Shown here piece after piece: positions 27,621 to 43,699 of a DNA stretch of 64,000 nucleotides. Origin of the DNA: the human T2T-CHM13v2.0 reference genome, Homo sapiens; NCBI RefSeq assembly GCF_009914755.1, contig NC_060925.1; one strand, written 5' to 3'. The number at the start of each line of letters is the position of its first letter. Position 1 is the stretch's first letter. The position numbers and the translations under genes are program-made. A model generated the notes under the pieces. The model was given only the letters and a program-made list of their open reading frames with translations. It did not search any database and was not told the origin of the DNA.

Positions 27621-28599
27621 CTTCCAAACTCCTGGGGAAGGGTCTTCCCTTTGTGTGGCCTGAGAACTCCCACTGCAGTGCTTCTCCCTTCCTTGTATTA
27701 TAAAACTCAGCTTGTTTCATCTTGCTGTTTTAGAAAGAAAGCGCTTTATACACTGTAAGCTAGTAACGTCAACAAAAACGATACGAGATTGAAGGGCTTT
27801 GTCCTCATTCAAAATCTGGAAATGTTATTTAGGGATCCACGTCTTTGCTGCAGAAGACTTTCTGCGCGGCAACGTCTCTACCCCTACACACACCTCTGAG
27901 AAGGAGAAATCTAGGGTTGGCGATGGGTGGTGTGGGCTGGGCCTGTGAAGAGTGTGCACAACAGCGTCCTCAGCCTGATCCCCCTACCCCATGCTGGTGC
28001 TGGGCCTGGCAAAATGGGGCAAAGTGTGCATGGCCAGGATGCAGGGGTGAGGGTCCCTGGCTGCTATGTGGCAGATGTGAACTTCTTGCCAGCTGTGAAG
28101 GAAAGGGGAGTCATATGAATTCAGGGCACCAGACCCGGAGTGAGGACACCGGGGCTTTGGCCCTGGCGCTCCCCCTAAGCAGCTGTGTTAGCCTGGAAAA
28201 GATACCTCCCTTCTCTGGGCCTCAGCTTCCCTTACTTCCCTTATCTGTAAAATGATTTGGTTGGATTCTAAGATCCCCTTCAGCTTTGATATGTTGGGAT
28301 TCCTTAGGGGTGGGTGGGAGGGGTATCAATATGGCCCAAACTTGAGGTTGGTGGCTGGATTAGCATAGGGGCTGGGTCCAGGTGGAATCAAGCCCCTCGC
28401 AGGCCCTGTGAACTGAGGTGGGCACTTATCTGGAGGCCACTGAGTTTGTGTTCCTCTCTCCTATGCTTATGTCTTATTCCTCTTTATATCCTTGCCACCT
28501 GGCAGAGTGACCTGTGTTTGGTAGGTGCTCAGGAAGTGTTTGCTAAACTGAATTCTATAGAATTAAATTAAATCTAGTTGGCAGGGGGCAGGGGCAGGA

Positions 28600-28900
28600 G
28601 GCCTGCAGTGTGATGCAAAGGTCAGGGGCTTTGGAGCTAGAGTGACCAGGGCAGGAATCCTGGTTCCTCCCTTCCTAGTTGTGTGAATTTGGGTGGTTTC
28701 CTTTAGGACACCGCCTTTGGATCTTTGGAAGTCTTTGGAATCCTTTCAGAAGTCTCGGTTTCCATGCCCATAAAATGGGATTAATATTACCAAATTTTCA
28801 AGGTGGTTGTAGGGATATAATGAGTTTACATATGCAAAGCACCTAGAACAGCATCTGACACAAAGAGGGAGGCTCTATAAATGGCAATGTTAGCTCATTG
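28600..28900 (+). mobile_element. MIR SINE fragment
   Basis: GGCTTTGGAGCTAGA...AATCCTGGTTCC...TAAAATGGGATTAATA...AAAGCACCTAGAACAG. Confidence 0.7.
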
Positions 28901-29952
28901 TGGAGGTCAGAATGGCTGCTTTGGTGAGCAAGCTCAGGCAGAGACAGAATGCCTACCTCGTGGGGGCAGAAGGGATAGTTCAAGTACTGGAAAAAGACAC
29001 TTCTTCCCCCCATATACGTTCCATATGAAGGTGGGACTTTCATGGGGACAAAAGCATGGGGCTGAGTCTGTCACCTCCAATGGATGACCCTCTGACACAC
29101 AACACTAAAGATACCCAATGCTGAGCTCACCATCTTCCTCATCAAACAGAAGGGAGGCCTTCCACTGTCATTCCGCATTTCTGCAGGTCCTAGATTGTGG
29201 CATCAAACTATCTTTGACTCCTCTCTCATATTTCCACATCTTGTCTATCCAGGTGTCCCCAGGAGGTAGCTATCATCACCCTGCCTGTATCTTTCCTCGG
29301 CTAGCATTCTGCTCCCTGAAATGCACTCCCTTCCTGTGTGCTCCTAGGTCCATCCTGTCTTCCTCCAATTCTGTTTTCAGCACATCGCTCATTGCTCAAT
29401 CCCTGGTAGCAAGCACCCTGTTGCATCCAATTCAGACCCCTCCACTTGGCAACCAAGCCAAGTGGTTACCATTTCTGCACTTCCCCACCCCATCTCATCA
29501 CTGGTTACTCCCCCCACCGGCTGTCCCTATATCTGACTTTGCTCATTGCAGTCCTCCATAGGACATTATCACCCCCAGCACTGCCAGTCGTTATCTTTCA
29601 TCTTATTCAAATCTTTGCCCAAGCATTTGCCTTGCAGAAGCTTTTCCCAAATAGTCCTACCTGACCCAGGGCACCTCATTCCCATACATCCTCCATGTGC
29701 CCTGTGTTTATGAGCCATGCCAGTGAAGTGAGTCTGAACCTATTCATTAAATTTAATTCCATAAACATGTGCCAAGCACTATCTGTGAGCCAAACTCCAG
29801 GGCTCACAGATGCTAGGTACCCCAGGGATACAACAGACAAATCACATGCAACTCTGCTTTCAAGTAATGCACAACCTAATAGCAGACCAATCACATGGTC
29901 AGAATGTAACATAGAAAGTGATGTGTTGTAGAAGTGAAGCAGCCTTGTTGTC

Positions 29953-30567
29953 TGTGGTGACACTTGAGGTTTGTTGTCTCCTGGCCATGAAGATCAAGGA
30001 GGTAGACACACAAAGAGTGAGGTTAAGAGTGGAAATTTAATAGGTGAAAGAAAGACAATAGCTCTCTGCTACAGAGAGGGGTCCTGGAAAAATGAGTTGC
30101 CAATTTAAGGTGAAATGCAGGGGGTTTTATAGATGAGCTAGTGGGGAGGCAGTATCTCATCTATACAGGGCATCTCAAAAAAAGTTAGCACCAGGTGTGC
30201 CATCTGCATAGGGCACAAATCTCTGGCAGCTCCCAGCCCAATCTTTATTATGCAGGTGGTTTCTCTGCCTGAGCTTCTCCATGTTGCCCAGTTCTTTCTT
30301 ACTGTACATGTGCTAACAAAAAAGGGAAGGTGGAGTCCCATGGTGAACATGCCTGGCCCCCCGGTAGCCCTTTTCTATGAGTGCAGCTGCCAGCATTCCC
30401 CCGTGCAAGCTTCCAGCTTCCTTATATATGTTTGCAGCCCAATCTTTGAGGCTGCTCTGTGTTAGAAAAGAAATGATTTCTAGGGCTGCTTCTTATTAGA
30501 AGGGAAGTTCTGCCAAGGACTTTTTTGTCCTTGCTATCTGCCTAAATAATTTCTATCTCCCGTATCA
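29953..30567 (-). mobile_element. ERV1 solo LTR (MER50-like)
   Basis: Minus strand begins TGATACGGGAGATAGAAATTATTTAGGCAGATAG; CTATAAAA at 30132-30125 and ATTAAA at 30041-30036. Confidence 0.75.
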
Positions 30568-30842
30568 GAAATGCTTTTTCCCTTCAAAAATTTTTTGAGC
30601 ACTGTGCTAGGTGCTGGGGATATCTCAGTAAACAAGACAAACCCTGTCCCTGTTCCCACAGAACTTGAAGTTTATTGCAAGAAAACCACAAATCAACAAG
30701 CAATGACAATTCAGGGTGGTAAGAGCTGTGCTGGGGGAAGGCTGCAGAGGCACTTGGGAAACCTAGACCAAGGGCCAGGGGAGCCCAGAATGGTGGAGAG
30801 GGGGCTTTGAGGGCAGTGAGGGCTACTTGGGCTGGGCCAGAG

Positions 30843-31339
30843 TGGTGGGCAGAACAATGTCGCACCCCCAAATGTCCACATCCTAATCCCTGGAACTTGT
30901 GAATACTGTCTTACACAGTAAAAGGCACTTTGCAAATATAAATTAAGGCCCTTGGTTGGGGAGAGTGGCTTGGATTATTCAGGTGGGCCCAATCTAATTA
31001 GATGGCTCCTTAACAGAGGAACCTTTTCTGGCTGTGGTTAGAGAAGGAGATGGACATGGAAGTAGGGTCAGAGAGATGCTATGCTGCTGGCTTCAAAGAT
31101 GCAGGCAGGGGGCCACCAGGCAAGGACTGTGGGTGCTGCAGAAGCTGGTCAAGGCCAGCCAATGCATTCTTCCCTAGAGCTTCTAGAAGGAATGCAGCCC
31201 TGTAGACACCCTGATTTTAGTTCAAGAGAACACCTCCGTCAGACTTATGGCCTACAGAGCTGTCAGATAATACATTCGTGTTGTTTGAAGCCACCAGGTT
31301 TATGGTAATTTGTGACAGCAGCCATGGGAAACAAATACT
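30843..31339 (+). mobile_element. MaLR LTR (MLT1D-like)
   Basis: GGCAGAACAATG...ATGTCCACATCCTAATCCCTGGAACTTGTGAATA...TTTGTGACAGCAGCCATGGGAAAC. Confidence 0.85.
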
Positions 31340-32457
31340 GCCAGGAAGGGTGGGCAAAATTTGAGGCACAATTCAAGAGCAGGGTGATGGTGAGGAGGGC
31401 ATTCTGGTGGGGGGTGGGGGCGGGGGCAGGGGCAGTGTAGGGAGAGCAAAGAGATGGGACTGGGGAAGTTCAGGGAGAGACATGTAGAGAAAGAGTCAAC
31501 AGTTCAGTTTGTCTTGATCCCAGGACAAGCGAATGGGAAAGGAAGGCAGGGAGCTCAGTGACATCAGAGTCAGAATGTGAGCCAGGAGGGAGCCGGGAGC
31601 CCCTGGCTCGGGGCTCAGTGAGAGGGTGGAGACCAGGTAACATCAGCAGTGCACTCTCCCCAGCAGAGGAGGCCTAAGGAAGCTCTGGAGCCTTCCACTG
31701 CTTCCTCTCAGGACTTAGCCTTCATCCTGCCTCCAAGTTTGGAGCTCTAGAACTCAGGCCAAAACCCATACCCTCTAGTTCATACCTGCTTTTATCCAAC
31801 AACCCTAAAATCAGTTTGACTTTATGAGGCGAGGTCTTGGCATCCGTGCCACAGCTGTGGGTCTGGGTTCTTCCTCACTCCCTGTCCCTACCGTTGGTGC
31901 TCCTGGATAGGGGATGAGTGCTGTCATCACTCCCAAATGGTGTCTACTCTCCCTGGCATCAACTATATGCCCCTGCTTTTCCTCTAATCCCCACTGAAGC
32001 TTATCTGTCCAGTGTCTCATAACCTCAAGCTCCTATGAGATGATTGACTTCCTAATTTTTGCATTAGCAACCATGTCTTAGACACACTAAAAGATCATCC
32101 AACCTAAACAGAGAACAAAGCTCAAGTGATAGAATACAGATATGTGTTAACACTCTCAAAGGGGCAGTAATGTGGGGGTACAAAGGAGCGCTTGACCCAC
32201 CTCTTATAGGACATTGCCCTCTAGCCACAGATGGCAGGTCAGGTGCCTGACGATGTCCTTAAAATAGTATGGGCACCATCCTCAGATACCTGAGTACCTC
32301 TTACCTCTCTGGCCACAGCAGGATTTCTCAGGCATCAGGGAAATGGGGGCACTGAGCTAAGGGCAGAGAGCGCCCTGCTGTGTAGTACCCTTTTCTAGCT
32401 GGGCAAGGCCCTGGACAAGCACGCTGTTTTTGGCTGGGGTCCCCACATTTGCCTTTT

Positions 32458-32460
<3 letters not shown>

Positions 32461-32497
<37 letters not shown>
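32461..32497. repeat. (CA)n microsatellite
   Basis: About 18 units. Confidence 0.95.
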
Positions 32498-32498
<1 letters not shown>

Positions 32499-32552
32499 CT
32501 CTCTCAACACCACTTGACTAAAGCAACACTTAAGCAAATAGCAATTAAACCT

Positions 32553-32688
32553 TTTTTTTTTTTTTTTTTAAAGAGATGAGGGTTTTGCTGTGTTGCCCAA
32601 GCTGGTCTCAAACTCTTGACCTCAAGCGATCCTTCTGCTTTGACCTCCCAGTGTTGGGATTATAGGCATAAGCCCGTACGCCTGTCTG
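32553..32688 (-). mobile_element. Alu monomer (FLAM-like)
   Basis: Single left-arm Alu with poly-T. Confidence 0.85.
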
Positions 32689-33283
32689 AATTACATTTTA
32701 ATTGAACAAAACTTAGAATAAAAGCATTATTCTACCTAAAGCTTAATAAATGACAAACTCTACCTGGTTTACTATTTTTTTCTATATAAATGCACACACA
32801 GATGTAATATGCACACTCATATTTAAATTGATATACTAGACCCAGTTTATGTCAGGCATTCTACCAGCAGTTGCCCATTAGCTACCCTGATGTGTACAGT
32901 CCTGGGTGCTACATGTTCTGCTCCCTCTGTTGTATTTTTCCTGGTTCAGCTCCCACCACTGCATGTGCTCTTTTGGGTGTAGACCTCATGGCACTGCATA
33001 AATAGAGGATAACAGCTAACTTTTTGGTTTCAGTGTTCTTAACTTCATCAAATATCTTGGGTTTTTGTTTTTCAGCTCGCAGTAGTGAGTAGGAGGCAGG
33101 GTAGGGTTATGGTAAGGCCCTGGGGCCAGAAATCATAAGTTCCGGCTTCTAGTTTGAACTTACTCCTGTCAAAGCACTAGTCCATTGGGCCTCAGTTTCC
33201 CCCTGAAAAGATTTGTTTAGAAGAGCAGTTTTTAAACTTTCAGGTCTTGTGTCCTTTTACATTCTTAAAAATTATTGAGGTTA

Positions 33284-33575
33284 GGCCAGGCATGTTGGCT
33301 CACGCCTGTAATCCCAGCACTTTGGGAGGCTGAGGCAGGCGGATCACCTGAGGTCGGGAGTTCAAGACCAGCCTGACCAATATGGAGAAACCCTGTCTCT
33401 ACTAAAAATACAAAATTAGCCAGGCATGGTGGCACATGCCTGTAATCCCAGGTACTCAGGAGGCTGAGGCAAGAGAATCGCTTGAACCCAGGAGGCAGAG
33501 GTTGTGGTGAGCCGAGATCGCGCCATTGCACTTCAGCCTAGGCAACAAGAGTGAAAATCTGTCTCAAAAAAAAAA
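33284..33575 (+). mobile_element. Alu (AluSp/Sx-type)
   Basis: Full dimer; TSD AAAAT(T)ATTGAGGTTA. Confidence 0.95.
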
Positions 33576-33630
33576 TATTGAGGTTATACTGGGGAAATTT
33601 TTTTTTTTTTTTTAAAATCGAGGACCCTAG

Positions 33631-33952
<322 letters not shown>

Positions 33953-35148
33953 TTATCTGGGTCCTATCAATATTTGCAGTATTAAAACTAAAACAGAAAA
34001 TTTAAACATATTTATTTGTTTTGAAATAACAATAAATTCATTGTATGCATAAGCGTCTTTTGGTCAAAAAAACCCCTATATTTTCCAAAAGATAAAATTT
34101 AGCACGAAGAGTGGCATTAATTTTTTTTTTGTATATCCCCTTACCATCTGGTTGAATAGAAAACAGGTGCATTTTCACATCTGGTTCTGCCTTCAGTCAG
34201 TTGCAATATCACATGTCATCTAACCTTCCGAAAACCCCACTATATGCTTGTAGGAGAATGAGTGAAAAAAGCAAATAACATCTTAGTATTTCTAGGAAAA
34301 TAGTTAGAACTTGTTTCCCTAAAAGAGCCTTGGAGACCCACAGAGTCCTCAGACCATACTTCAAAAATGGCTGGTTTAGAAGGCCCTAAGTTTCCTACCA
34401 GATCTGATACTCTGAAGTGTTTCTGATAATACTCTATGGTAGCATTTTTCAAAATACACTTCAGGGAATATGCTCCCAGGAACAGTATCATAGGATGTTA
34501 TTGTATGTGGGATGCAAACTGTATGTGGGGAAAATGTGGTTTCTATGAATAAATTAGTTCGGGGAACCTTAAAGTAAATGAAATAGGCATATTTTACTTC
34601 AGGACTTTTCAGATGCTTTGATGTGATAAAACATATTGTGAATCCCTTACAATACATTATTTTGTGTAGTGTTTCCCCACAGTTTTGACCACAAACTCTT
34701 TTTCGAAGAGCAGCCTTCAAGGCTAGAGTACCAAGGAACACACTTTGGGAAGTGCTGCTCCAGTGACTTCTAGATCCTTTCCCTGAGTATTAACAGATCA
34801 GGTTCTATCATTTGGAAGCAATTTTCCTCTAAATAAAATTCTACTTATGCACTTTTTGGTTTTTTAATGCAGAGACTTTATGATAGCCATTTCTAAGGCT
34901 AAGAGAACTTCAAGTTACTAAAATAGATAAGGGGCATTTTTGCTGAAAATTAAAGAATATTAGTAACTATGTGAATAGTAGTATATATTTATAGGGTGAT
35001 TGAATAATAATTCCATGTATTGAGCATCTACTACATGCCAGGAACCTTTTAATACATATGAGTGATCAAGAGTGTGTGGTATTAGTGGAGGTATAGACAT
35101 ATAGAACAGAGAACCCAGGCATAGATCTAAACAAATATGCCCAATTGA

Positions 35149-35443
<295 letters not shown>

Positions 35444-35979
35444 TAAGCAATGAAGCGGAGGAAAGATAGCCTTTCAATGAATGGTGCCGGAACAACTGGA
35501 CATACATAGGGAAAAAAAAAAAAAAACCCTGACTGAAGTCTCATACCTTGTAAAAAATATAACTCAAAAAGAATCATAGACTTAAATGTAAAACTGAAAA
35601 CTTTAAAAATACTTAGAAAAAAATCATAAGAGAAAATTATTGGAATCTAGGGCTAGGCAAAGAGTTCTTAACACCAAAAGCACAATCCACAAAAGAAAAC
35701 AAATGGTTAATTGGACTTCATCAAAATTAAAAACTTTTGCTCTGTGAAAGACCCTGTTAAGAGACGAGAAAGAAAATATTTGCACATGACATATCTAATG
35801 AAGGACTGGTATGTAATATATATGAAGAACTTTTACAACTCAACAGTAAAAAAAAAATACAATTAGAAAGTAGGCAAAAGACAGAGACATTTCACTAAAG
35901 AGGATATACATATGGCAAATAAGTACATGAAAAGATTCAACGTCACAGCCATTAGGGAAATGTAAATTAAAATAATGAA

Positions 35980-36612
<633 letters not shown>

Positions 36613-37463
36613 AAAATAATGAGCTATCACTACATATCTATCAGAATGGCTAACTATGTATCTATCAGAATGGCTAAAATAAAAAAAAAATAGTGACAAT
36701 TCCAAATGCTGGTGAGGATGTGAAGGGATTGGCTCACTCATACATTGCTGGTGGGGATAGAAAACGGCACAGCCTCTTTGGAAAACAGTTTGGCAGTTTC
36801 TTTAAAACTAAACCTGGAACTACCACACGACTCTAGGCAATTGCACTCCTGGGCATTTAGCCTAGAAAAAAGAAGACTTATGTTCACATAAAAACGTGTG
36901 CATGAATGCTTGTAGCAACTTTATTTAAAATAGCCCTAAACTGGAAACAACTCAGATGTCCTATTATGGGTGAACAGTTAAACAAACTTCAGTATGTCTG
37001 TACCGTGAAATAGAACTCAGCCAAAAACAAACAAAAAAGGAATCAACTATTGATAGATGCAACAACTTTGATGAATCTTCAGAGAATTATGTTGAGTAAA
37101 AATACCAATCCCAAAAGTTTGCATACTGTATGATTCCATTTATATAAATTCTTGAAATGGCAAAATTGTAGAAATGGAAAACACATTAGCAGGTGTTAAT
37201 GAGCGGGTGGAGGTGGATATGACTATAAAAGGCAAAGTAAGGGATCCTTGTAGTGATGGAAATGTTTTGTATCTTGATTATGGAAACGTTAATAACCTGG
37301 TTTTAATACTGTACTATCATTTAATAAGATGTTATAAGTGATCTTTGTATATTATTTCTTATAACTTCCTGCAAATCTACGACTGTCTCAAAAGTTAATT
37401 TTTTAAAAGCCTACCTGAATTAGTCAAGATGCTAACTTGCAATCTAACTCAATTTTGCTTTGA

Positions 37464-37548
37464 TTATTAAGCTGAGCCATATAAAATTGCCAGTATTTGA
37501 CTGCTTTTGACTTACAAAAATGGTGGTTTCATATGGTTCAACCTAATA
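37464..37548. mobile_element. MADE2-like mariner MITE
   Basis: ~80-bp element with inverted ends ATTAAGCTGAGCCATAT / ATATGGTTCAACCTAAT. Confidence 0.75.
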
Positions 37549-37559
37549 AAAATAATAAA

Positions 37560-37960
37560 TAGTAATGCATTAGCACACATAACTGGGAAATTAATGTGTA
37601 GAACCAGCTTCAGGCACAATGGGATCCAATAGAGAAATGGTATCCTGAGGGCTCTATCACTGTCTCCATTTCTTGGCTCGGCTTTCCTCTGGGAACGTGC
37701 TTTATTCTCAGACAGGATCATTTCACACAGTTGGAAAGATGCTGCCAATGACCTCAGCCCCGCATTGTTGTGGCTTATGAACATCAAAGAAAAAGTGACC
37801 CTCTTTATCATAGCGTCCATGTGGCCAGTCTCAGGGAAGACTCTAATTGTCTTTGCTTGCGTCACAAGTTGATCCATTAACCGATTATTGTGGCCAGGTT
37901 GATGAATAACTCTGATTGGCAGTCTCCCTAGGGAGGGTGAGATACCGTAATTAACTCATG
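37560..37960 (-). mobile_element. Old ERVL LTR (LTR33-like) fragment
   Basis: CACATAACTGGGAAA...GCTTCAGGCAC...CTCTGATTGGC pattern. Confidence 0.5.
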
Positions 37961-38120
37961 TCAGGCCCAATTGGATGCTAAGCAGGGAAAAAACAGATTG
38001 TTTGCTTGTTTTTCACAGGAATGGATAAGGAAAGGACAATGGGTAACTTGTTTTTTATTTTACTTTTCCAGTAAAATTTTTCTTTAATGAGGACACATCA
38101 CATTTTATCACTTTTTAAGA

Positions 38121-38126
<6 letters not shown>

Positions 38127-38155
<29 letters not shown>
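38127..38155. repeat. (TA)n microsatellite
   Basis: About 14 units. Confidence 0.95.
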
Positions 38156-38158
<3 letters not shown>

Positions 38159-38404
38159 TTATCATGAGGGTAATATTTAGGAGAGATAAAAGTCCAGGAT
38201 GAGCTGAAGTCTGCCAAAAATTCTAAGAATACTCAGAAAGGGCTCTTTTATAAAGTTATATTAGTAACTTAGAGATAGAAGAAGGTATAGGTTTGCTACC
38301 TGGAGCCAAGGGTGTAATGCTCATGGTGAATACAGAAAAAAGAGAACAGAAATGCAGATAATGTTTTATGTCTATGGTTTCTGCCAAAGAGAATTGTCTT
38401 TTAA

Positions 38405-38710
<306 letters not shown>

Positions 38711-38818
38711 AATTGTCCTTTAATTTTAAAGGGTGGGACCTTGCTTAGCCAGAATGGCAGACTGAAATGGAGGCCTTGATTGTAAGCAATTGTTCTCCAC
38801 TCATGTCCCCTGATCACT

Positions 38819-39272
38819 TATGCATGGAGTCCTAATTAGGGAAAAGAAGTTAGACTGTCAGGAGCAGGGGAAAGCAAAAAGAAAAAGCAGATACGCTGTA
38901 AGTCTGCCTTTCTTCGTGGTCCAGGACATAGAGCCCTCCCGTGCAAATATCTCACAATCTTTCTGCGACCGACTTATCACCAGACCTTCAGCTGATAGAA
39001 AAATGCAAGTTAGCTCACTGCAACCTTGACATTATCAGTATTGCATGTAGCCCCCTCCAGCACACAGCACAGGCACCATCCTATAAAATCCCCGGCAAAC
39101 CTTTGTCTCCTTGCAGTCAGCTCCTCTCTTGCTAATTTGTCCGTTGCTTTCTTGCAATGTGTTTTTCTACTTTCTCTAATAAATCTGCCTTTCTTTCCTA
39201 TGACTGTCTTGGTATATTCCTTTTACCACCCACACCACTGGCCCCAGTTAGTTGGTCACTACCCACGATACT
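38819..39272 (+). mobile_element. ERV1-type solo LTR
   Basis: ~450 bp with CTATAAAA at ~39081 and AATAAA at 39178-39183 in LTR U3-R spacing. Confidence 0.7.
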
Positions 39273-39342
39273 GTGTATGAGCTTCACAATCTTTTTCCAA
39301 GTCCATCTAGTATTGGACTTGGAAAAAAAAAGACTATGATTC

Positions 39343-39699
<357 letters not shown>

Positions 39700-40114
39700 T
39701 AGTCCCGTCATATATTTTGTTTTTTAATTTTTTAAAATGGAGGTATAACAGATCTACCATAAAGTATATAAGCCCCAGTGTACAGCTGCATGAATTTTTA
39801 CATTGGAAAACTCAGGTCTAGGAGCCAGGAACCCTGGTTCTGCCGCAGCTCTGCTGTTAAATCTCTGTGTGATTCTGAGCAGGGCAGCTCTTTCCTCCTG
39901 AATTTGTTTCCCTAACTGTAAAGTGAGAGCACTAAACAAGATCACTATTTTACAAAGTGTGCTATGTGTATGCAAGTTGATTCTAAGTGTATTTGGGAGA
40001 GATTTTATTTTGATAGAGATGTATTTTTTTATTTTTTAAACCTTCATATTGAGTTACAATTTGTATAGGATAAAGTATACAAATCTTAATTGAAGGGTTC
40101 AATGAATTGTTACT

Positions 40115-40822
40115 ATAACCGCCTGATGGGTTTTTCCTTCCAGCTGTACAAACAAAATTCCTGAAGACCGTGGCACTGCAGTACACAAAGAGTTTAATTG
40201 ATGCGGGGCCAGCCACGCCACGCGGGCGACAGAGTTATTACTCAAATCAGTCTCTCTGAAGGCTCAGAGGTTAGGAGTTTTTCAAAGGTAGTTTGGTGGG
40301 CAGGGGGCTAGGGCATGGGGAATGCTGATTGGTTGGGTCGGAGATAAAATTATAGGGAGTCAAAGCTGTCCTCTTGGGTTGAGTTGCTTCTCCATGGGGC
40401 CACAGGGGCGGCTGGCGAGTCCAGGTGGAGCATGGTGTTAGACATGGAAAAAACCTGAAAAAGCTGTTCTTGGGTTCTACAACAGTGACGTTATCTGCAG
40501 GAGTCACTGGGGAAGTTGCATATCTTGTGACTTCCAGAATAATGACTGGCGACCATTTATGTCTACACCTTAGCTGAATTCAGGCTTCTCTATCCTGCTA
40601 GCCTGGTGGTCTCTCATTAGCTTTGCAAAGGTGGTTGAGTTTGGGGGATAGGCTATTATCCTTTAAACTATAAACTAAATGTCTCCCAAAGTTAGTTTGG
40701 CCTAAGCCTAGGAAAAATTAAGGGCAGCTTGAAGGCCAAAGGCAAGATGAAGTTTAGCTAGATCAGATCTCCCCTACTGCCATAAGTTTCTTACTGATAT
40801 AATTTTTGCAAGGATGGGATTA
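40115..40822 (-). mobile_element. ERV1 solo LTR (LTR8-family)
   Basis: Minus strand begins ...CCTTGCAAAAATTATATCAGTAAG like LTR8; ATTAAA at 40198-40193; TACTCAAATCAGTCTC motif. Confidence 0.8.
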
Positions 40823-41290
40823 CCTTTGCATAAACTTGTGTAAATATAGATATAAATCATTCCCAGTTCCCCCAGAAAGCTCTTCGTGCCCTAGTTACTA
40901 CCTTCACTGTGAAGGTAACTAGTATTCTGAGTTTTTTCAACATAGATTGGTTTTTGCCTGTTTTGAACTTCCTGTAATTAAATCATACAGTAACTACTCT
41001 TCATCTGTGCCTTGCTTTTCTGGGTCATCATTATGTTTGTGAAAATTATCCATATTGTTCTATGTAGCAGTTCATTCATTTGCATTGCTAAATAATATTC
41101 CATTGTATGAATATACCACGATTCACTTATCCATTCTATTGCAGCTGGACATTTGCATTGTTTTCTTTGGCTATTGTGAACAAAGCTACTACTATTGTAA
41201 ATGTCTTTTGGTGGACATGTGCATTCATCTCTCTGGGGTATATACCTAGGAGTAGAATTGCTGAGAAATAGGGTTCTCAGTGTTATCCCC
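40823..41290 (-). mobile_element. Old L1 (L1ME-like) 3' fragment, continuing on the far side of LTR8 (~40030-40110)
   Basis: AATATTCCATTGTATGAATATACCAC...GGTATATACCTAGGAGTAGAATTGCTG. Confidence 0.8.
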
Positions 41291-41412
41291 ATACACAATC
41301 TTGTATGAATCTTGTATGAATATACACAGGTGTATTTTAGGGGAGGGAAATAAAGATGATCTTAAACTTTTTCAGATTCTTACAGGGATTTTCTAATTTT
41401 AAAAGGTTTTTA

Positions 41413-42065
<653 letters not shown>

Positions 42066-42304
42066 TGAGGAGAGAGCACATGCTTAGAAAATTGCGGAAA
42101 CTGCAAAGCTGTGTGTAGGTATAGAGGTGGGTTGGGGAGGAGGGTACAGGAGCAGGGAATATCAGGATCCAAAAAGATACTGTAAGGTTGAAATGAAGGC
42201 TGAATCTAAGTTTCCCACTTACACAAATATGAGAGGGACAGGTAAAAGTAACTGAGGATAGCTTAGTGAATAGTACGAGTGTAACGTGACTGACAAGAAC
42301 AAAC

Positions 42305-42790
42305 AAGCTAATTTGACCTCAGGCTGAATTAGAGGAACTTAAGACCTAAGAACTCATTTTCTCTAGAATAAGGGTAGTGGTGATCCACCCACTCTGCACC
42401 AGTAGCCTACAGCTGGGTGCTCTGTTCCATGTTACGGACACATGCTCCAAGGAACACAGACCAGAATGCATTTAGAGGACAGTGGCCAGTATGGTGTATG
42501 GTAAAGGCCTCAAACCCTGCCACATGAGGAACAGCTGTAGGAAATGGAACATTGTCCTGGGAAAGAAAAATCTTGGTGGTGATAGCAGTCTTTGGCTCTC
42601 TGAGGGGATGTCATGTGGAAGAGAAATGAGTTGCCCAGAGAAATTTCTTGCTATCAGTGAGGGTGTTCACACATTTTTTTTTTGGATGAGCACTTGCTGA
42701 AGCTATTTCAGAGGGAGATTAAATATCAGATGAAAAGTTTGATGAATGACTCTGAGTTCCCTTTTAACTCTGAGATCCTGTGAATCTGGC
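42305..42790 (+). mobile_element. L3/CR1 LINE 3' end
   Basis: CATGAGGAACAGCTGTAGGAAATGG...GAAAGAAAAATCTTGGTGGTGA and 3' end GTTCCCTTTTAACTCTGAGATCCTGTGA. Confidence 0.7.
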
Positions 42791-43699
42791 TATGTGACCT
42801 TGACTTGGTCACTGAACTTCTTGGAACCTTAGTTCTTCATCTTTAAAATAATAGGTAGACTAAGGATTCTTTAGTGCTGAACACAATCTACTGAATTGCT
42901 TCCCAGAGAAGCTAGGTGGTGTTACATATTCCCAATCTTCAGCTGTGACTCCTGCAGTTAAGGTGCTTTGGTCTTAAGCAACAGAAACTGACCGTTTAAG
43001 GAAAAAAAAAGAGTTTGTTGGAAAGAAGTGGGAAATTCATATAATCTATGAAACGACTGAAGAACAAGACTTGAAGAAGGCAGAAACCAGAGCTTCCTCC
43101 CCTGGCATGCCATGGGGGTGCATTGGCTGTGATGGATTTTTCCCTTATTCTCAGGTCACTATTCAGCATTCAAAGTCCAGATGACAGAATCAGTCCCTTG
43201 GACCTAAGTTGGCCTCAAGCCTGCTCCTTGGCAGGAAGGTCAGGACACCTTGATTATCAGCCCAATGTCATCCCCCAAGATGAAATCAAAAGCTATTACT
43301 AGAACAAGAGCCAAATAACATGTACCCTACAACCTCCACCCTTTTCTCTTCCATTTATGACAGCACATCAGACTCAAGAGAGTGAGCAGCATTATAATGG
43401 AAATAATCTTCAATCTATTTCAATTTACCTTTAAAAGTGAAAAATGCACTCATCTGGATGCTCAGTTTTTACCAGTAGTAGCCCACATGACATGTCATAA
43501 CTGGGTGCTGAAATGCTGACAAGTCTGAGAACACGACTCCCCTAGGAGACAGACACGCTGACGGGCTTGAGCATTCACAAACAGATATCGGATGTCTGCT
43601 ATGTGTCAAGCCCTGTGGTAGACACCGAGACTCATTAAGTCAGTGCAAAAAATGGAAAGGTTAAATATTTGCCCCGGGTAAACGCAAAGGGCAAGTGTA

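Noticed and set aside
27127-27663. 178-aa ORF and others across the proximal CpG island
   Set aside because: Expected by-product of GC-rich, stop-poor sequence
32210-32385. CTCF-like motifs (also near 425 and 2315)
   Set aside because: Each has a spacing or core mismatch to the consensus; not supportable without ChIP data
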